DNA from: Candidatus Thalassospirochaeta sargassi
GTDB lineage: Bacteria > Spirochaetota > Spirochaetia > UBA9216
Assembly (NCBI GenBank): GCA_028532855.1
Contig: JAQQAL010000035.1
Location: 39,481-103,480 of the forward strand
DNA: 64,000 nt
Direction: 5' to 3'
Made by a program: the position numbers and the translations under genes. Shown one piece after another: positions 20,235 to 30,428 of the stretch; within the stretch, counting starts at the first letter, position 1; each line of letters opens with the position of its first letter. The notes under the pieces were generated by a model. The model did not search any database. It saw only the letters and a program-made list of their open reading frames with translations, and had not been told where the DNA came from.

Positions 20235-21176
20235 ATGGAAGATAAAATATTCGGACCGGTTCCCTCGCGTCGCCTCGGCCGAAGCATCGGAATAAACAAC
20301 ATTCCCCCCAAAATATGCTCTTACTCCTGCAGCTACTGTCAGATAGGCTTTTCAAAAAGAATGTCGACGGCACCTGAAAACTTTTATAATCCTGAAGAAC
20401 TGGCAGCCGCAGCAGCAGCCAGGCTTGAACAGCTTCCTGCATCAGGTGATGCAATCGATTACCTCACCATTGTACCAGACGGAGAGCCCACCCTCGACGC
20501 TAATATTGGAAAACTGCTTAAATTCCTTAAAATTACAGGCATTAAAACAGCGGTTATTACAAACGCAACAATGTTGTACCGCCCGGAGGTCAGGGAGGCA
20601 CTGAGTGCCGCAGACTGGGTATCAGTAAAGGTGGATACAGTTGATGAAGGCATCTGGCGACAGATTGACAGACCGCACAGATCACTTGATTTCCAACAGC
20701 ATCTTGAAGGAAGCCTGAAATTTGCAGATGAATACAGCGGAAAACTTGTGACTGAGACGATGCTGGTTAAAAACATAAATGATTCAGAAAAAAATCTTGA
20801 GGCAAATGCGGACTTTATAAAACAATTGAACCCTGAAGAATGCTATCTAAGTATTCCTACCAGGCCCCCTGCTGATTCGTCAGTTAAAGCATCCACGGAG
20901 GCCGCAGTAAACAGGGCATACCAGATATACCAATCAAAAACACTGCCGGCGGAGTATCTAATCGGCTATGAAGGCAATGAATTTGCCGCAACCGGAAACT
21001 CAGAGGAAGATATACTAAGCATCACCTCGGTGCATCCAATGCGCGAGGATGCTGTTCGCGAACTGTTGGAGAATAATAACACCGCTTTCGATCTGGTTAA
21101 TGAGATGATGGAAGCAGGCAGGCTTATCCGCAGTGAATACCGGGGAGAGCATTATTACTTGAGAAGCTTTCGCTGA
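20235..21176 (+). CDS. radical SAM protein
   Basis: FGPVPSRRLGRSIG, CSYSCSYC (CxxxCxxC), GEPTL. Confidence 0.9.
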   Translation: MEDKIFGPVPSRRLGRSIGINNIPPKICSYSCSYCQIGFSKRMSTAPENFYNPEELAAAAAARLEQLPASGDAIDYLTIVPDGEPTLDANIGKLLKFLKITGIKTAVITNATMLYRPEVREALSAADWVSVKVDTVDEGIWRQIDRPHRSLDFQQHLEGSLKFADEYSGKLVTETMLVKNINDSEKNLEANADFIKQLNPEECYLSIPTRPPADSSVKASTEAAVNRAYQIYQSKTLPAEYLIGYEGNEFAATGNSEEDILSITSVHPMREDAVRELLENNNTAFDLVNEMMEAGRLIRSEYRGEHYYLRSFR

Positions 21177-21207
21177 TTTAGCCATGGGTAATTCTATCAG
21201 CGCTTCT

Positions 21208-22665
21208 TTATTGCCGGTTCAGTGCCTGCTCAGTACTTTTTATGAGGGATTGAAATACTGCTTCATCTGGAAACTTATCTGCGGCCTGCAGGGCCAGCGC
21301 ATTAGCCTCACTGATCCGCCCTGCATTGAACGCCCTTACAGCGGCATTGTAGAGTTCAGCCTTCCAGTTGGATAGATATACCCCCTGGGCCTTCATCAGT
21401 TGAGGCAGGCGGCCCATCTCAGCTATAGCAGCTGAAACTGCATTATAGGCCGCTTCCCAGCCCTCTGTGCCTGCAATCCCGTTTATTCCACCCAGGCGCC
21501 AGTCAAGCTCCACCTCCAGAATCCTTTCCTCAGCTACTGCCCCGCCCAACCTGACATCACGCAGCACAGCCTTGAAATCTTCTTCCGATCCGCCAGCCTT
21601 AACCGCATCAAGAGCATCCAATAATTCAGTGTCTGACACCATCAGCTCCATCGCCAGGACAGCCTGCTGCGTAAGCCGGGGTTTGAATTCATCAAGCCGC
21701 ATCCGGGCTTCTTCAGTCCGGCCGCTTCTAATCAGTTTCACGAGCATATTATTAACAACACCATTTATAAACTCGTCCCATTTTTCATGAGGGCCATAGG
21801 CGGAAATCCCCATCTCAGCCCAGGCCAGGGCATCTTCTTCCAGCCCGGCCCTTGAAAGCATAGTCCCATAATTAAGCATTCGAATAATCAGGTCTTCAAA
21901 CTCTGTTCCCGGGCCGCCGCCAAGCAGCACCCACCGGTCAACCGCTGGCCCCACTGCTGCAGCGTAATCACCCACATCTTCAGCATCAGCTATCCTGTTC
22001 TGAAGGATAAGAGCAAACAGATTTACCAGCTTAATGGTAGAGCGATCTCTGTAGTTTGCCGGTGGAACGTAGGAAAAACCAGTCGTCTTCCCAAAGCGAT
22101 CCTGAAACTCCACCTTCTTCCCGGGATCAAAACCGTAGGCGTTGGTAGTCTCTACGTCTATATCTCTATCGTCTATACTTACCAGGCAGAAAGCATGATC
22201 AACAGTATTTACCCCGGAGACATCAAGGCCGACAGCGGTACCCAGAATTGCATATAATACAGACGAAGACACACAGTTGAAGCTGCCGGAAGACAGCAGA
22301 GTCTTCAAACTCGATTGCTTAACATGATAGGTACGCAGAAGATTATTATGCATGAAATTAAGCACAGCTTCCCCCTTCTGCAGATCATTCATTGAGGAAG
22401 TAACAGAATAGAGTTCTTTTATAACAGGAACAAAATCATCCGCGGCTTTTTCAGCATCCCCGTCGCCGCCGGCCCAGTAAGCCAGGTCAAACAGAGACCG
22501 CCAATAGGAAGGATTGAGGTTTTCAGCAAAGTATTCAGCCTTTGGATCGGCTTCAAGCCGCGGCTGCGCAGCAGGGTTCTGCGCAAAAACAATTTCGTTA
22601 AATCCTGCTATAAACAACAGAAATATTAAAAACATCGCCTGAATAAGGATAAGCCTTGTGTTCAT
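21208..22665 (-). CDS. secreted transglutaminase-like (Cys-His-Asp) protein with helical/TPR-like C-terminus
   Basis: FNCVSSSVLY..DHAFC..DVETT; N-terminal signal; start moved to ATG 22665. Confidence 0.6.
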   Translation of the reverse strand: MNTRLILIQAMFLIFLLFIAGFNEIVFAQNPAAQPRLEADPKAEYFAENLNPSYWRSLFDLAYWAGGDGDAEKAADDFVPVIKELYSVTSSMNDLQKGEAVLNFMHNNLLRTYHVKQSSLKTLLSSGSFNCVSSSVLYAILGTAVGLDVSGVNTVDHAFCLVSIDDRDIDVETTNAYGFDPGKKVEFQDRFGKTTGFSYVPPANYRDRSTIKLVNLFALILQNRIADAEDVGDYAAAVGPAVDRWVLLGGGPGTEFEDLIIRMLNYGTMLSRAGLEEDALAWAEMGISAYGPHEKWDEFINGVVNNMLVKLIRSGRTEEARMRLDEFKPRLTQQAVLAMELMVSDTELLDALDAVKAGGSEEDFKAVLRDVRLGGAVAEERILEVELDWRLGGINGIAGTEGWEAAYNAVSAAIAEMGRLPQLMKAQGVYLSNWKAELYNAAVRAFNAGRISEANALALQAADKFPDEAVFQSLIKSTEQALNRQ

Positions 22666-22725
22666 ATTAATATAATATCCAAAAAGCTGCATTTCGGCGA
22701 GATAATTTCCGAAAAGACAGCAGGC

Positions 22726-22741
22726 TGTGATAAATATCACA
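22726..22741. promoter_or_regulatory. Crp/Fnr-family binding site
   Basis: TGTGA-TAAATA-TCACA, exact TGTGA-N6-TCACA, about 50 bp upstream of an operon ending in a Crp/Fnr gene. Confidence 0.75.
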
Positions 22742-22794
22742 TTCATCAAGCCTACAATTATATATGTTTAGCCATCAAACACAACGGAGATTAA

Positions 22795-23271
22795 ATGACC
22801 GTAATTCTTATGATCTTAACAGCCGCCGGTTTTCTTATTTTTTCAGTGATAAAGAGCAGGAAAAAGACAAAAGAAGGCGCTAAAATGGCCGGCAAAATGC
22901 TGCTTAACACTTTCATAGAGGTAGCCGGAATAATGGCGATTGTAGGCTTGGTACTTGCAGCCCTCCCCCCCGAACTGATCCAGAAGCTGCTTGGCAATGC
23001 AAATACAGCACTAAGCACCATATCAGGCGCAATCATCGGAACAGTTACTATAATGCCAGCGATAATTGCCTTTCCGCTTGCCAAGTCACTCTATATAAGC
23101 GGTGCACACCTGACAGCAGTTGCCCCCTTCCTGACAACTCTCACGATGGCAGGACTTGCCACAATGCCGGTAGAGGTTGAACACTTCGGAAAACGATTCA
23201 CCATCGTTAGAAACGGCCTCAGTTTTGTGGCAGCATTGGCTATTGCGTTCATGATGGGAGTTTTCCTATGA
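22795..23271 (+). CDS. permease (DUF318/ArsP-like half), subunit 1
   Basis: Hydrophobic; AFPLA..GA..FLTTLTM..PVE..FG.RF...RN pattern. Confidence 0.75.
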   Translation: MTVILMILTAAGFLIFSVIKSRKKTKEGAKMAGKMLLNTFIEVAGIMAIVGLVLAALPPELIQKLLGNANTALSTISGAIIGTVTIMPAIIAFPLAKSLYISGAHLTAVAPFLTTLTMAGLATMPVEVEHFGKRFTIVRNGLSFVAALAIAFMMGVFL

Positions 23272-23936
23272 GCTGCACGTTTAAAAAATTCAAATTCATT
23301 ATTGCGGCAATAATCCTCTATACAATAGTTTTTTTCCTGCGTAACGATATATTTACCGCCGCATTAAGTTTCACCGGGGATTTTATAATTGAAATGCTGC
23401 AGGTGCTTCCCCCGGTGCTGATCATCACGGCGATGATGAGCGTCTGGGTTCCGGCTGAAACTATCAAAAAGGGACTGGGTTCTGCATCCGGTTTTAAAGG
23501 AAAGATAATTTCACTGCTTATAGGCTCTGTTTCAGCAGGCCCCATATACGCGGCTTTTCCGGCGACTCTTATGCTGTATAAAAAGGGAGCAAGTATTTCA
23601 AACCTTGTGATTATTCTCAGTTCGTGGGCTGTAATCAAGGTTCCCATGCTCTTAGTAGAGACAAAGTTCCTGGGCTTCAAGTTTACGATAATCCGACTGC
23701 TGTTCACAATCCCTGCAATTCTGCTGATGAGTATGGCAACTGAAAAACTTGTTTCACGTAAAATGATTATTAACCGTGATGATAAAGAGAATGAGAAGAT
23801 CACTCTCCCTGAGATGAACTGCGGTGCATGCGGCTGCAAAAACTGCGCTGAATTCAGAAGAGCTGTTATTGATATGGAGAGAAAAATAGAAGAGTGCGCC
23901 TTCCTTAATATATCAGCAGAAACAGACCCCGCATGA
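23268..23936 (+). CDS. permease subunit 2 with C-terminal 4-Cys FeS domain
   Basis: SAGPIYAAFP, SSWAVIKVPM; C-terminal LPEMNCGACGCKNC..C. Confidence 0.75.
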   Translation: MSCTFKKFKFIIAAIILYTIVFFLRNDIFTAALSFTGDFIIEMLQVLPPVLIITAMMSVWVPAETIKKGLGSASGFKGKIISLLIGSVSAGPIYAAFPATLMLYKKGASISNLVIILSSWAVIKVPMLLVETKFLGFKFTIIRLLFTIPAILLMSMATEKLVSRKMIINRDDKENEKITLPEMNCGACGCKNCAEFRRAVIDMERKIEECAFLNISAETDPA

Positions 23937-24568
23937 ATAAAAAGGGGGCGGGTCGTAAAATCGCCGAACCCGTGTTACAATCTGCCGTGGGAAATAATAT
24001 TTTTAGAAACGGCAGAATAATCGAACTCACAGAGGGCGAAGTACTGCACAATGAACACGAGAGCTGCAAGGCACTCGGAAGAGTAGAAAGCGGCAGACTA
24101 AGACTGACCCGCCAATTATCCTCCGGCCGTGAAATAATACTCAAAGAATTCAGTCCCGGAGAAATTTTCGCCGAGCTGATAGTTTTTACCGGAGCGCAAT
24201 ATCCCGGATGGCTGATAGCAACGGAGAAGACAACTGTATTAGAGGTTGAACGCAAAAGGGTAATAGAACATCTTAAAGACCATGATTCACTGCTCGAGTT
24301 TATCACAGGGATTTCCGCCAAACTGAATAATCTTACCAGCAAAATAGAAATAATGTCGTTTAAAACAGTGCAGCAGAAAATTGCCTATTGTATTCTGATG
24401 AACGGAAGCCTCCCACTTCCTTCAGTGACCCGAACGGCAGACTACCTTGGCTGCAGCAGGGAGGCTCTCTCAAGAGCCATTTCCGAACTTGAGCATTCAG
24501 GCGCAATCACCAGAGCATCCGGCAGCCTCACCACGAAAAATGAAAGGCTGCTGGAAGAATTGATCTGA
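23933..24568 (+). CDS. Crp/Fnr family transcriptional regulator
   Basis: cNMP-type barrel (GEIFAE); HTH ADYLGCSREALSR. Confidence 0.9.
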   Translation: MNKKGAGRKIAEPVLQSAVGNNIFRNGRIIELTEGEVLHNEHESCKALGRVESGRLRLTRQLSSGREIILKEFSPGEIFAELIVFTGAQYPGWLIATEKTTVLEVERKRVIEHLKDHDSLLEFITGISAKLNNLTSKIEIMSFKTVQQKIAYCILMNGSLPLPSVTRTADYLGCSREALSRAISELEHSGAITRASGSLTTKNERLLEELI

Positions 24569-24593
24569 TTCAGGCTGTTAAATAATAAAAAAT

Positions 24594-24642
24594 AAAAAAG
24601 CCCGCCGGATGAAAGGTCTCCCCTACATGACCAGGCGGGCTG
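24594..24642. terminator. hairpin between convergent genes, likely terminator for the NCS1 gene
   Basis: AGCCCGCC...GGCGGGCT stem preceded by an A-run (U-tail on the minus strand). Confidence 0.55.
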
Positions 24643-24670
24643 AATATAGTATTTTTTCCTGAATCGAAAA

Positions 24671-26173
24671 TTATCTTTCGGTTATTGAGGCCTCTTCTTC
24701 GTCGCTTACCAGTGAGGAAGAATCACTTTTCATCATAAGCGGATAAAGAATGACTGCGAGAATGAACCCGACAAGAATCCCGTTTTCAGTAAGACGGGCA
24801 AAAATAGTAACATCTGGAAAAATCTTCCCGAGAACAACAACAAAACCGCAGATGGCCCAGGTTAATACTGCCTTCCAGTTGAAACCGTTTTTATACCAAT
24901 ATCTCCCCTGGTCGCCCTGGAACAGGCCGGTGAGGTCCAGCTTCTTTTTTCTGAAAATGTAGTAGTCGGCTACATAAATACCGGCCAGCGGCCCAAGAAA
25001 TAAACCATAGGTTCCGAGCCATCCGAAAATGTAAGCGCCGGCTGAAGAGAGAAGCCTCCAGGGCATGATGGCAACACCCAGAACACCTGTTATCAGCGCG
25101 CCTATACGGTATGAAAGCCTTTTCGGGCTGATGTTGGAAATTCCGTTTGCGGGTGCAACAACATTGGCAGCGATATTGGTTGTCATGGTAGCAACAACAA
25201 CACCAACGGCACCGAGTATTGCGGCGACGGGACTGCCGAGCCTTGCAATAACACCTGTCGGATCCCAGATGAACTCACCGAAAATAATCTTTGTGGCGCC
25301 TGTTACTAGAACTCCCGCAAACGCGAAAAGCGTCATTGTTGTCGGCAGCCCAAGAAGCTGCCCCATAAACTGCTGCCTCTGCGTTTTCGCATATCGACTG
25401 AAGTCGGGAATATTTAACGCAAGGGTTGCCCAGAATGCGATATTACCGCCCAGGCCGGGGAGAAAGATTCTCCAGAACTGCCCCTTTACATAGGTTGCCG
25501 GCAGGTTGAAGATATCTCCTACAGTGCCACCCATGTTCTTTACAGTAACTATAGCCCAGATAACAAGACAGGCGGTAAGAACACCGAGTAACGGAGCACC
25601 CCATGATTCGAGGGACTTGATGGCATCAGGGCCCTTCCATGCGATAAATACGCTGAAACCCCAAAAGATAAAAAACGAAACCCAGACACTTCCAGCCCAT
25701 GCTGCCCAGCTTGCACTGATTGAACCTACAACCGTATCAAGCGCAGCGCCGCCAATCCAGCACTGAATACCGAACCATCCGGCAGCAACTATCGCCCTGG
25801 CTATTGATGCAAGATGTGCCCCCTTGGGACCGAAGGAAAGCCTTGCAAAAACCGGAAACGGTATACCATACTTTGTACCTGCATGTGAGTTAAGCTGCAT
25901 CGGAATAAGAACAATAAGGTTTCCGATCATGATGTTAAGAAGAGCCTGCCACCAGCTGAGGCCTGCAGCCATGAGGCCTGAGGCCATCATGTAGGTAGGA
26001 ATACATACCGCCATTCCCACCCAGAGTGTAGCAATGTGATATGTACCCCAGGTACGCTCTTTGAGCTTTGTTGGAGCCAAATCCTCATTATAATATTTAC
26101 TGTTTTTTACAATTTTTTCACCGGAATCGGATAGCTCATAAAGACCGCCGACTTCCTTTTGATGTTTACTCAT
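24671..26173 (-). CDS. NCS1 nucleobase:cation symporter
   Basis: GTKYGIPFPVFARLSFG, GWFGIQCWIG, LNIPDFSRYA, NIAANVVAPAN. Confidence 0.93.
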   Translation of the reverse strand: MSKHQKEVGGLYELSDSGEKIVKNSKYYNEDLAPTKLKERTWGTYHIATLWVGMAVCIPTYMMASGLMAAGLSWWQALLNIMIGNLIVLIPMQLNSHAGTKYGIPFPVFARLSFGPKGAHLASIARAIVAAGWFGIQCWIGGAALDTVVGSISASWAAWAGSVWVSFFIFWGFSVFIAWKGPDAIKSLESWGAPLLGVLTACLVIWAIVTVKNMGGTVGDIFNLPATYVKGQFWRIFLPGLGGNIAFWATLALNIPDFSRYAKTQRQQFMGQLLGLPTTMTLFAFAGVLVTGATKIIFGEFIWDPTGVIARLGSPVAAILGAVGVVVATMTTNIAANVVAPANGISNISPKRLSYRIGALITGVLGVAIMPWRLLSSAGAYIFGWLGTYGLFLGPLAGIYVADYYIFRKKKLDLTGLFQGDQGRYWYKNGFNWKAVLTWAICGFVVVLGKIFPDVTIFARLTENGILVGFILAVILYPLMMKSDSSSLVSDEEEASITER

Positions 26174-26407
26174 GAATCCTCCATTCGAGCTACATAATTT
26201 AGCAATTAGAGGACATTCTAAGGCATGTTTGCGTTATCAGTCAACAAATTTTTTGTTATATCATACAACATTACTCATGAATAATGAGTTTTATGTTTGC
26301 GTCAACATTTTTAATATTGTATAATTTCAGTTTATTGACAAGTTGCCGGGTTTGGATTTTATAAAATAAGATGAATCAGACATGACTAATAGAGCATTTT
26401 GTACACT

Positions 26408-27274
26408 CTATACCAAAATCAATTCAGCAGACTCAGGGTCTTCCAGATTAATCCGCACTATTGTAAGGTTTCCGCCTTCATTAGCACCATTGATGCATAC
26501 AGTGCGTCCAATTTTCTGCATCCAGGCCTCACTCATCCTGGAGGATTCGTGAATGTGTCCGTGTAGGGTAAGCAGCGGCTGTTTTTCTTCAATGAATTTC
26601 TGGACTGCTATGCTTCCAAGGTGTTTATCTACCGGAACATGCTCAATAATATCATATTTTATATCACCAAGATCAAGATTTGTATCATAAGGAGGAGTGT
26701 GAAAAAGAAAAACAGCGTTTTCCATTGAATCATTTTCAGTCAAAGACCAGAGATCTTCCTTTATAGTTTTCCATTTTTTCTCATGCTCCCTTACAGGAAA
26801 AGATCGCACCCCTTCCTCAGGGCTTACACAACCAATATCGGTGTAGCGTGAAACATCATAGCGCTCCCAATCTTTAAGCATAAAGGGCGTAGGCGGGACA
26901 TAGTTGTAACCGAATAGCAGAAAATCTGAGATCATAATCTTGCGATTGTGAAGATAAGTCCAGAGATCATCAGATCCTCCATCTATCAGAGCTGATTCGA
27001 AATATCGGGGATCATCATTTCCCATAATCATAAATATTTTGGGGTATTTAGGACCAAGAGAATTCTTTAAATCTAAAAAATTCTTCTTTAAAAATCCATT
27101 AATAAAATCAGTATCACCGGGTAAATTAGAATTGCCCGGACGCATAAATGGAGGAAACAAATCCCCCCCGATGAGTAAGATATCAGGAGGATTTTTTTTT
27201 AGTTGCTCAAAGAGTGATATATATTGTTTCTTCCGTCCATGCAGATCAGTGACAAAGTATATTTCAAGCATCAT
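26408..27274 (-). CDS. calcineurin-like metallophosphoesterase (Icc-like)
   Basis: DLHG, GGD, GNDD, HTPP, HGHIHE motifs. Confidence 0.9.
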   Translation of the reverse strand: MMLEIYFVTDLHGRKKQYISLFEQLKKNPPDILLIGGDLFPPFMRPGNSNLPGDTDFINGFLKKNFLDLKNSLGPKYPKIFMIMGNDDPRYFESALIDGGSDDLWTYLHNRKIMISDFLLFGYNYVPPTPFMLKDWERYDVSRYTDIGCVSPEEGVRSFPVREHEKKWKTIKEDLWSLTENDSMENAVFLFHTPPYDTNLDLGDIKYDIIEHVPVDKHLGSIAVQKFIEEKQPLLTLHGHIHESSRMSEAWMQKIGRTVCINGANEGGNLTIVRINLEDPESAELILV

Positions 27275-30200
27275 CTTTTCCGATGATCAATTTTCTTGCT
27301 GCATCTGTTACGGCATCAATTTTTACAGCCATACTTGTTTTTTGTTCAATATCAAAATCCGTAATATAGTGTATATCCAGTAGTTTCTCTGTTTTGTATC
27401 CGGTGCGCAGATAGTTCATCCTCCCCAGGCATCTGCTCCAGCCGTCCAACCACTTTGAGAGAAGCTTCTTTTTCTCCGGCTCACCAGTAATATGGATCAG
27501 CAGATCAATATCACTCATTGGTCCGGCTGTAGCATTCTTTGTAGATCCAATTATATAAATTGCATTAACACCGAACTCATCCGGGTTAATGCCAGCTGCA
27601 ATTGTTTCTGCCATGGAATACCTCCATGTCCAGAAATCTTCTTTTTTTACATCCGGGTGTGAATATACATCATATGTACTTTCATGTGTTGTAGGCTCCG
27701 CGAATAAAGCTATAGCCTCATTTATCTCCTCGTTAAGAAGGACTCTCAATATTTTACCATCATTTTCTTTTTTTAAATCTGTAACAAATACAACATCAGC
27801 CAGATCAGAGAATTCAGGCAGGATATCGCTCAACATATTTTTTGAACGGGTTAATACTGCGTCTTTGAAGATGACATTGGAATCATCCGGATACAGCGGT
27901 AAATATTTAATTGAAGCTTCCACAAGATCCTGGAAAAAATGAGTCCCGAATGATACCTCAGGAACGTAATCTCCTTTTTTCCGTGCAATCTCAATTAACA
28001 TAGCAGTGTTATTTATATCAGAATAATTTACTTTCACACCCATTTTTATATCACCCCGGCTGCCCCATCGGCCAGGCCCCATCAGGATAAAACACCTTCG
28101 GGGCAGTACCGAATTAAGTTTTCCAACAGCTCTTCCAACCCGTTCAAGCTTTTTCAAGGAAGATATCGAATTGTACGATTCAGGATCTATATAAACAGTA
28201 TATTCAATGTTATCCACTAAGCCGTTTGTAACAAACTTCTTGGCTGTAAAGAGAATATCATTCTCATCCAAATCCATAGGTATAGGCTGAGGGAGACTGG
28301 CAGAAGAACCGGCTTGAGGTCTGCACTGAAGCAGGTAAAGCTGATTTTTACTGTAAGCAAACTCTATGTCAACTATCGTATCAAGACGGTTGTTGAGCTC
28401 ATCTAAGACATTTTTTAGATTTTTAATAAGATCTGTACTCTCTATAAATGGTTCAAGAGTGAAAAAAAGAGCATCCTTTTCACCATCAATCTGATATCGG
28501 TTTTTACTTTTAAAAAGGTCATCTTCATATACAGAAAATAATTTTTCAATGTCAGGATAAGAACCTGAATTATTTTTAATTAATTCATTCAAGTTCACAG
28601 TTTCAAATGAATTTTCCTTAAGATTAATGACGTCTATTTTTCCCGGTGAATATTTTATGGCTTCCGACGGTATTGGATTCACTTTTAATCCGGGGTTAGC
28701 AGGACATATTAAAACCGGATAATCATCACTTAGTCTATCGACAGCACGAGTACCAAGCCCCGGCACAATCCGCAGCAAACCATCTTCCTTTTTAATCTTT
28801 GGAGACCAGCGATATTCATTATATCCAAATCCAACACCGGCAAATGACGGGAAAAAGTAATCCCCAACTTTTTCACCGACAACCTCCTGAATAATAATTG
28901 CCATCTCTTCATGAAACTCGAGGAGCTTGTGTTCCTTGCGATATTCAATAGGATCCGGTGAAAAAGTCGAAGCATATATTTCTGCAATTGCATCAAGGAC
29001 ATCTGTGAGACGTTCCTCTTTTGTTCCCTGATTAGCCAGAAAAAGACTTTTATATTTTCCGGAGAATGCAGAACCGAATCTATCTTCCAAAAGGCTGGAG
29101 CTTCTCACGATAATAGGCTTTTCTCCAAAGTCCTCAATTGCCATTGAAAGATTGTTAACCAAATCAAGAGGAAAATCTGAATTCTTAAAAATCTGGACAA
29201 GGTTAGTATATTCGGCACGGATCTCTTCAAGGCTCTTGTATTTTTGCTCCATCACTTCCTCAAGATTATTGAAATAAATAAACTTAAGCATGTAATCTGA
29301 AGATACATACCAGGTATGTGGAATACTTACCTTTATACCAGCCTTTTTTAGAAACTGCCATGCAATAAAAAGCCCGGCACTTTTGCCTCCCAACTTTCCA
29401 TGGCTGTTGTTCGGATAAATAGAATGCTGCATGATTGAATAAAAATCACTGATGTCAATATGTTCTCGCGCTGATCTAATAAACTCTATTTGCTCGGTAA
29501 AAATACGCTGTATGAATAATGCATTGATATTTGTCCTTGAATAACTTGAAATTTCAACATTAGCAAGATTTAAATGATGAAACCTGGAGATCGCGGCAGC
29601 AATTTCAGATAGTGGTGAATTTGTATTTTCCAGAACGTTTACCAGGAATCCTGTTTTATCTTCTTTTATCCAGTTATTTAAATAAGATGTTATTTCTTCA
29701 GCAGATAGATTATCAGATGCAATTTTAAAAATGTGCTGATCAAATTTATCATAAAGCTCAAAATTAATTTTCAAACTTGGTATATTTATATCCCTTTCTG
29801 TCGGGATATTGTCACAAGTTTTGTTAATGCCGAGACAACCCAATACATTTTGAGCATCCTCAACTCCTAGTAGACAAAGACGATTCAGCATTCTCCTTGA
29901 AAGCTTATTAAAAAGCTTGCTATCCATCTTCTCTACGAGTTCAAGAATAATCATCCAGTCCGGTTTTTTATTAGAATCAAGATCAGATTTTGCTATCTCC
30001 CATTGCGATATAGTAGACTGCAAATCCTGCTGGTAAAGGAAATTCTCTATCCGTTCTGCTATTGTATTCAGCAATTGCTGTTCTTCAGGAAGAAAAGGGT
30101 TTGTAATGTGAACACTCTCATCGTTATAGTGCACCTCAACCTCACCAACTGGTTTACCACGCAGATTTAATTTAGCACTCTGAACCCAGCTGGATGCTGA

Positions 30201-30428
30201 GAAATTTTCTGAAACAAATGTATCTTTAGCATAATTAATTCTCACCGAACAAAGAGATGGAAATTGCCAGCCTGAAGCTATTACGTTGACCAGTTTTTCA
30301 AATACATCATTTATATTCTGCTGTTCCCTGTTAACTATTTTCTTAACAAGGTAAAGGCATTCAAGCTCTTTAGCACGTTCATGTAATTGGTGTACCAGTG
30401 TACTATCTTCAAATTCCAGCTCACTCAT
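27264..30428 (-). CDS. sensor domain + PEP-synthase-like ATP-grasp (PPDK_N) + nucleotidyltransferase fusion
   Basis: LGGKSAGL, IVRSSSLLED..AFSGKYKS, DIEFA..LLQCRP; C-terminal IGS..SDIDL NTase motif; N-terminal ERAKELECLY domain. Confidence 0.8.
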   Translation of the reverse strand: MSELEFEDSTLVHQLHERAKELECLYLVKKIVNREQQNINDVFEKLVNVIASGWQFPSLCSVRINYAKDTFVSENFSASSWVQSAKLNLRGKPVGEVEVHYNDESVHITNPFLPEEQQLLNTIAERIENFLYQQDLQSTISQWEIAKSDLDSNKKPDWMIILELVEKMDSKLFNKLSRRMLNRLCLLGVEDAQNVLGCLGINKTCDNIPTERDINIPSLKINFELYDKFDQHIFKIASDNLSAEEITSYLNNWIKEDKTGFLVNVLENTNSPLSEIAAAISRFHHLNLANVEISSYSRTNINALFIQRIFTEQIEFIRSAREHIDISDFYSIMQHSIYPNNSHGKLGGKSAGLFIAWQFLKKAGIKVSIPHTWYVSSDYMLKFIYFNNLEEVMEQKYKSLEEIRAEYTNLVQIFKNSDFPLDLVNNLSMAIEDFGEKPIIVRSSSLLEDRFGSAFSGKYKSLFLANQGTKEERLTDVLDAIAEIYASTFSPDPIEYRKEHKLLEFHEEMAIIIQEVVGEKVGDYFFPSFAGVGFGYNEYRWSPKIKKEDGLLRIVPGLGTRAVDRLSDDYPVLICPANPGLKVNPIPSEAIKYSPGKIDVINLKENSFETVNLNELIKNNSGSYPDIEKLFSVYEDDLFKSKNRYQIDGEKDALFFTLEPFIESTDLIKNLKNVLDELNNRLDTIVDIEFAYSKNQLYLLQCRPQAGSSASLPQPIPMDLDENDILFTAKKFVTNGLVDNIEYTVYIDPESYNSISSLKKLERVGRAVGKLNSVLPRRCFILMGPGRWGSRGDIKMGVKVNYSDINNTAMLIEIARKKGDYVPEVSFGTHFFQDLVEASIKYLPLYPDDSNVIFKDAVLTRSKNMLSDILPEFSDLADVVFVTDLKKENDGKILRVLLNEEINEAIALFAEPTTHESTYDVYSHPDVKKEDFWTWRYSMAETIAAGINPDEFGVNAIYIIGSTKNATAGPMSDIDLLIHITGEPEKKKLLSKWLDGWSRCLGRMNYLRTGYKTEKLLDIHYITDFDIEQKTSMAVKIDAVTDAARKLIIGKDDA

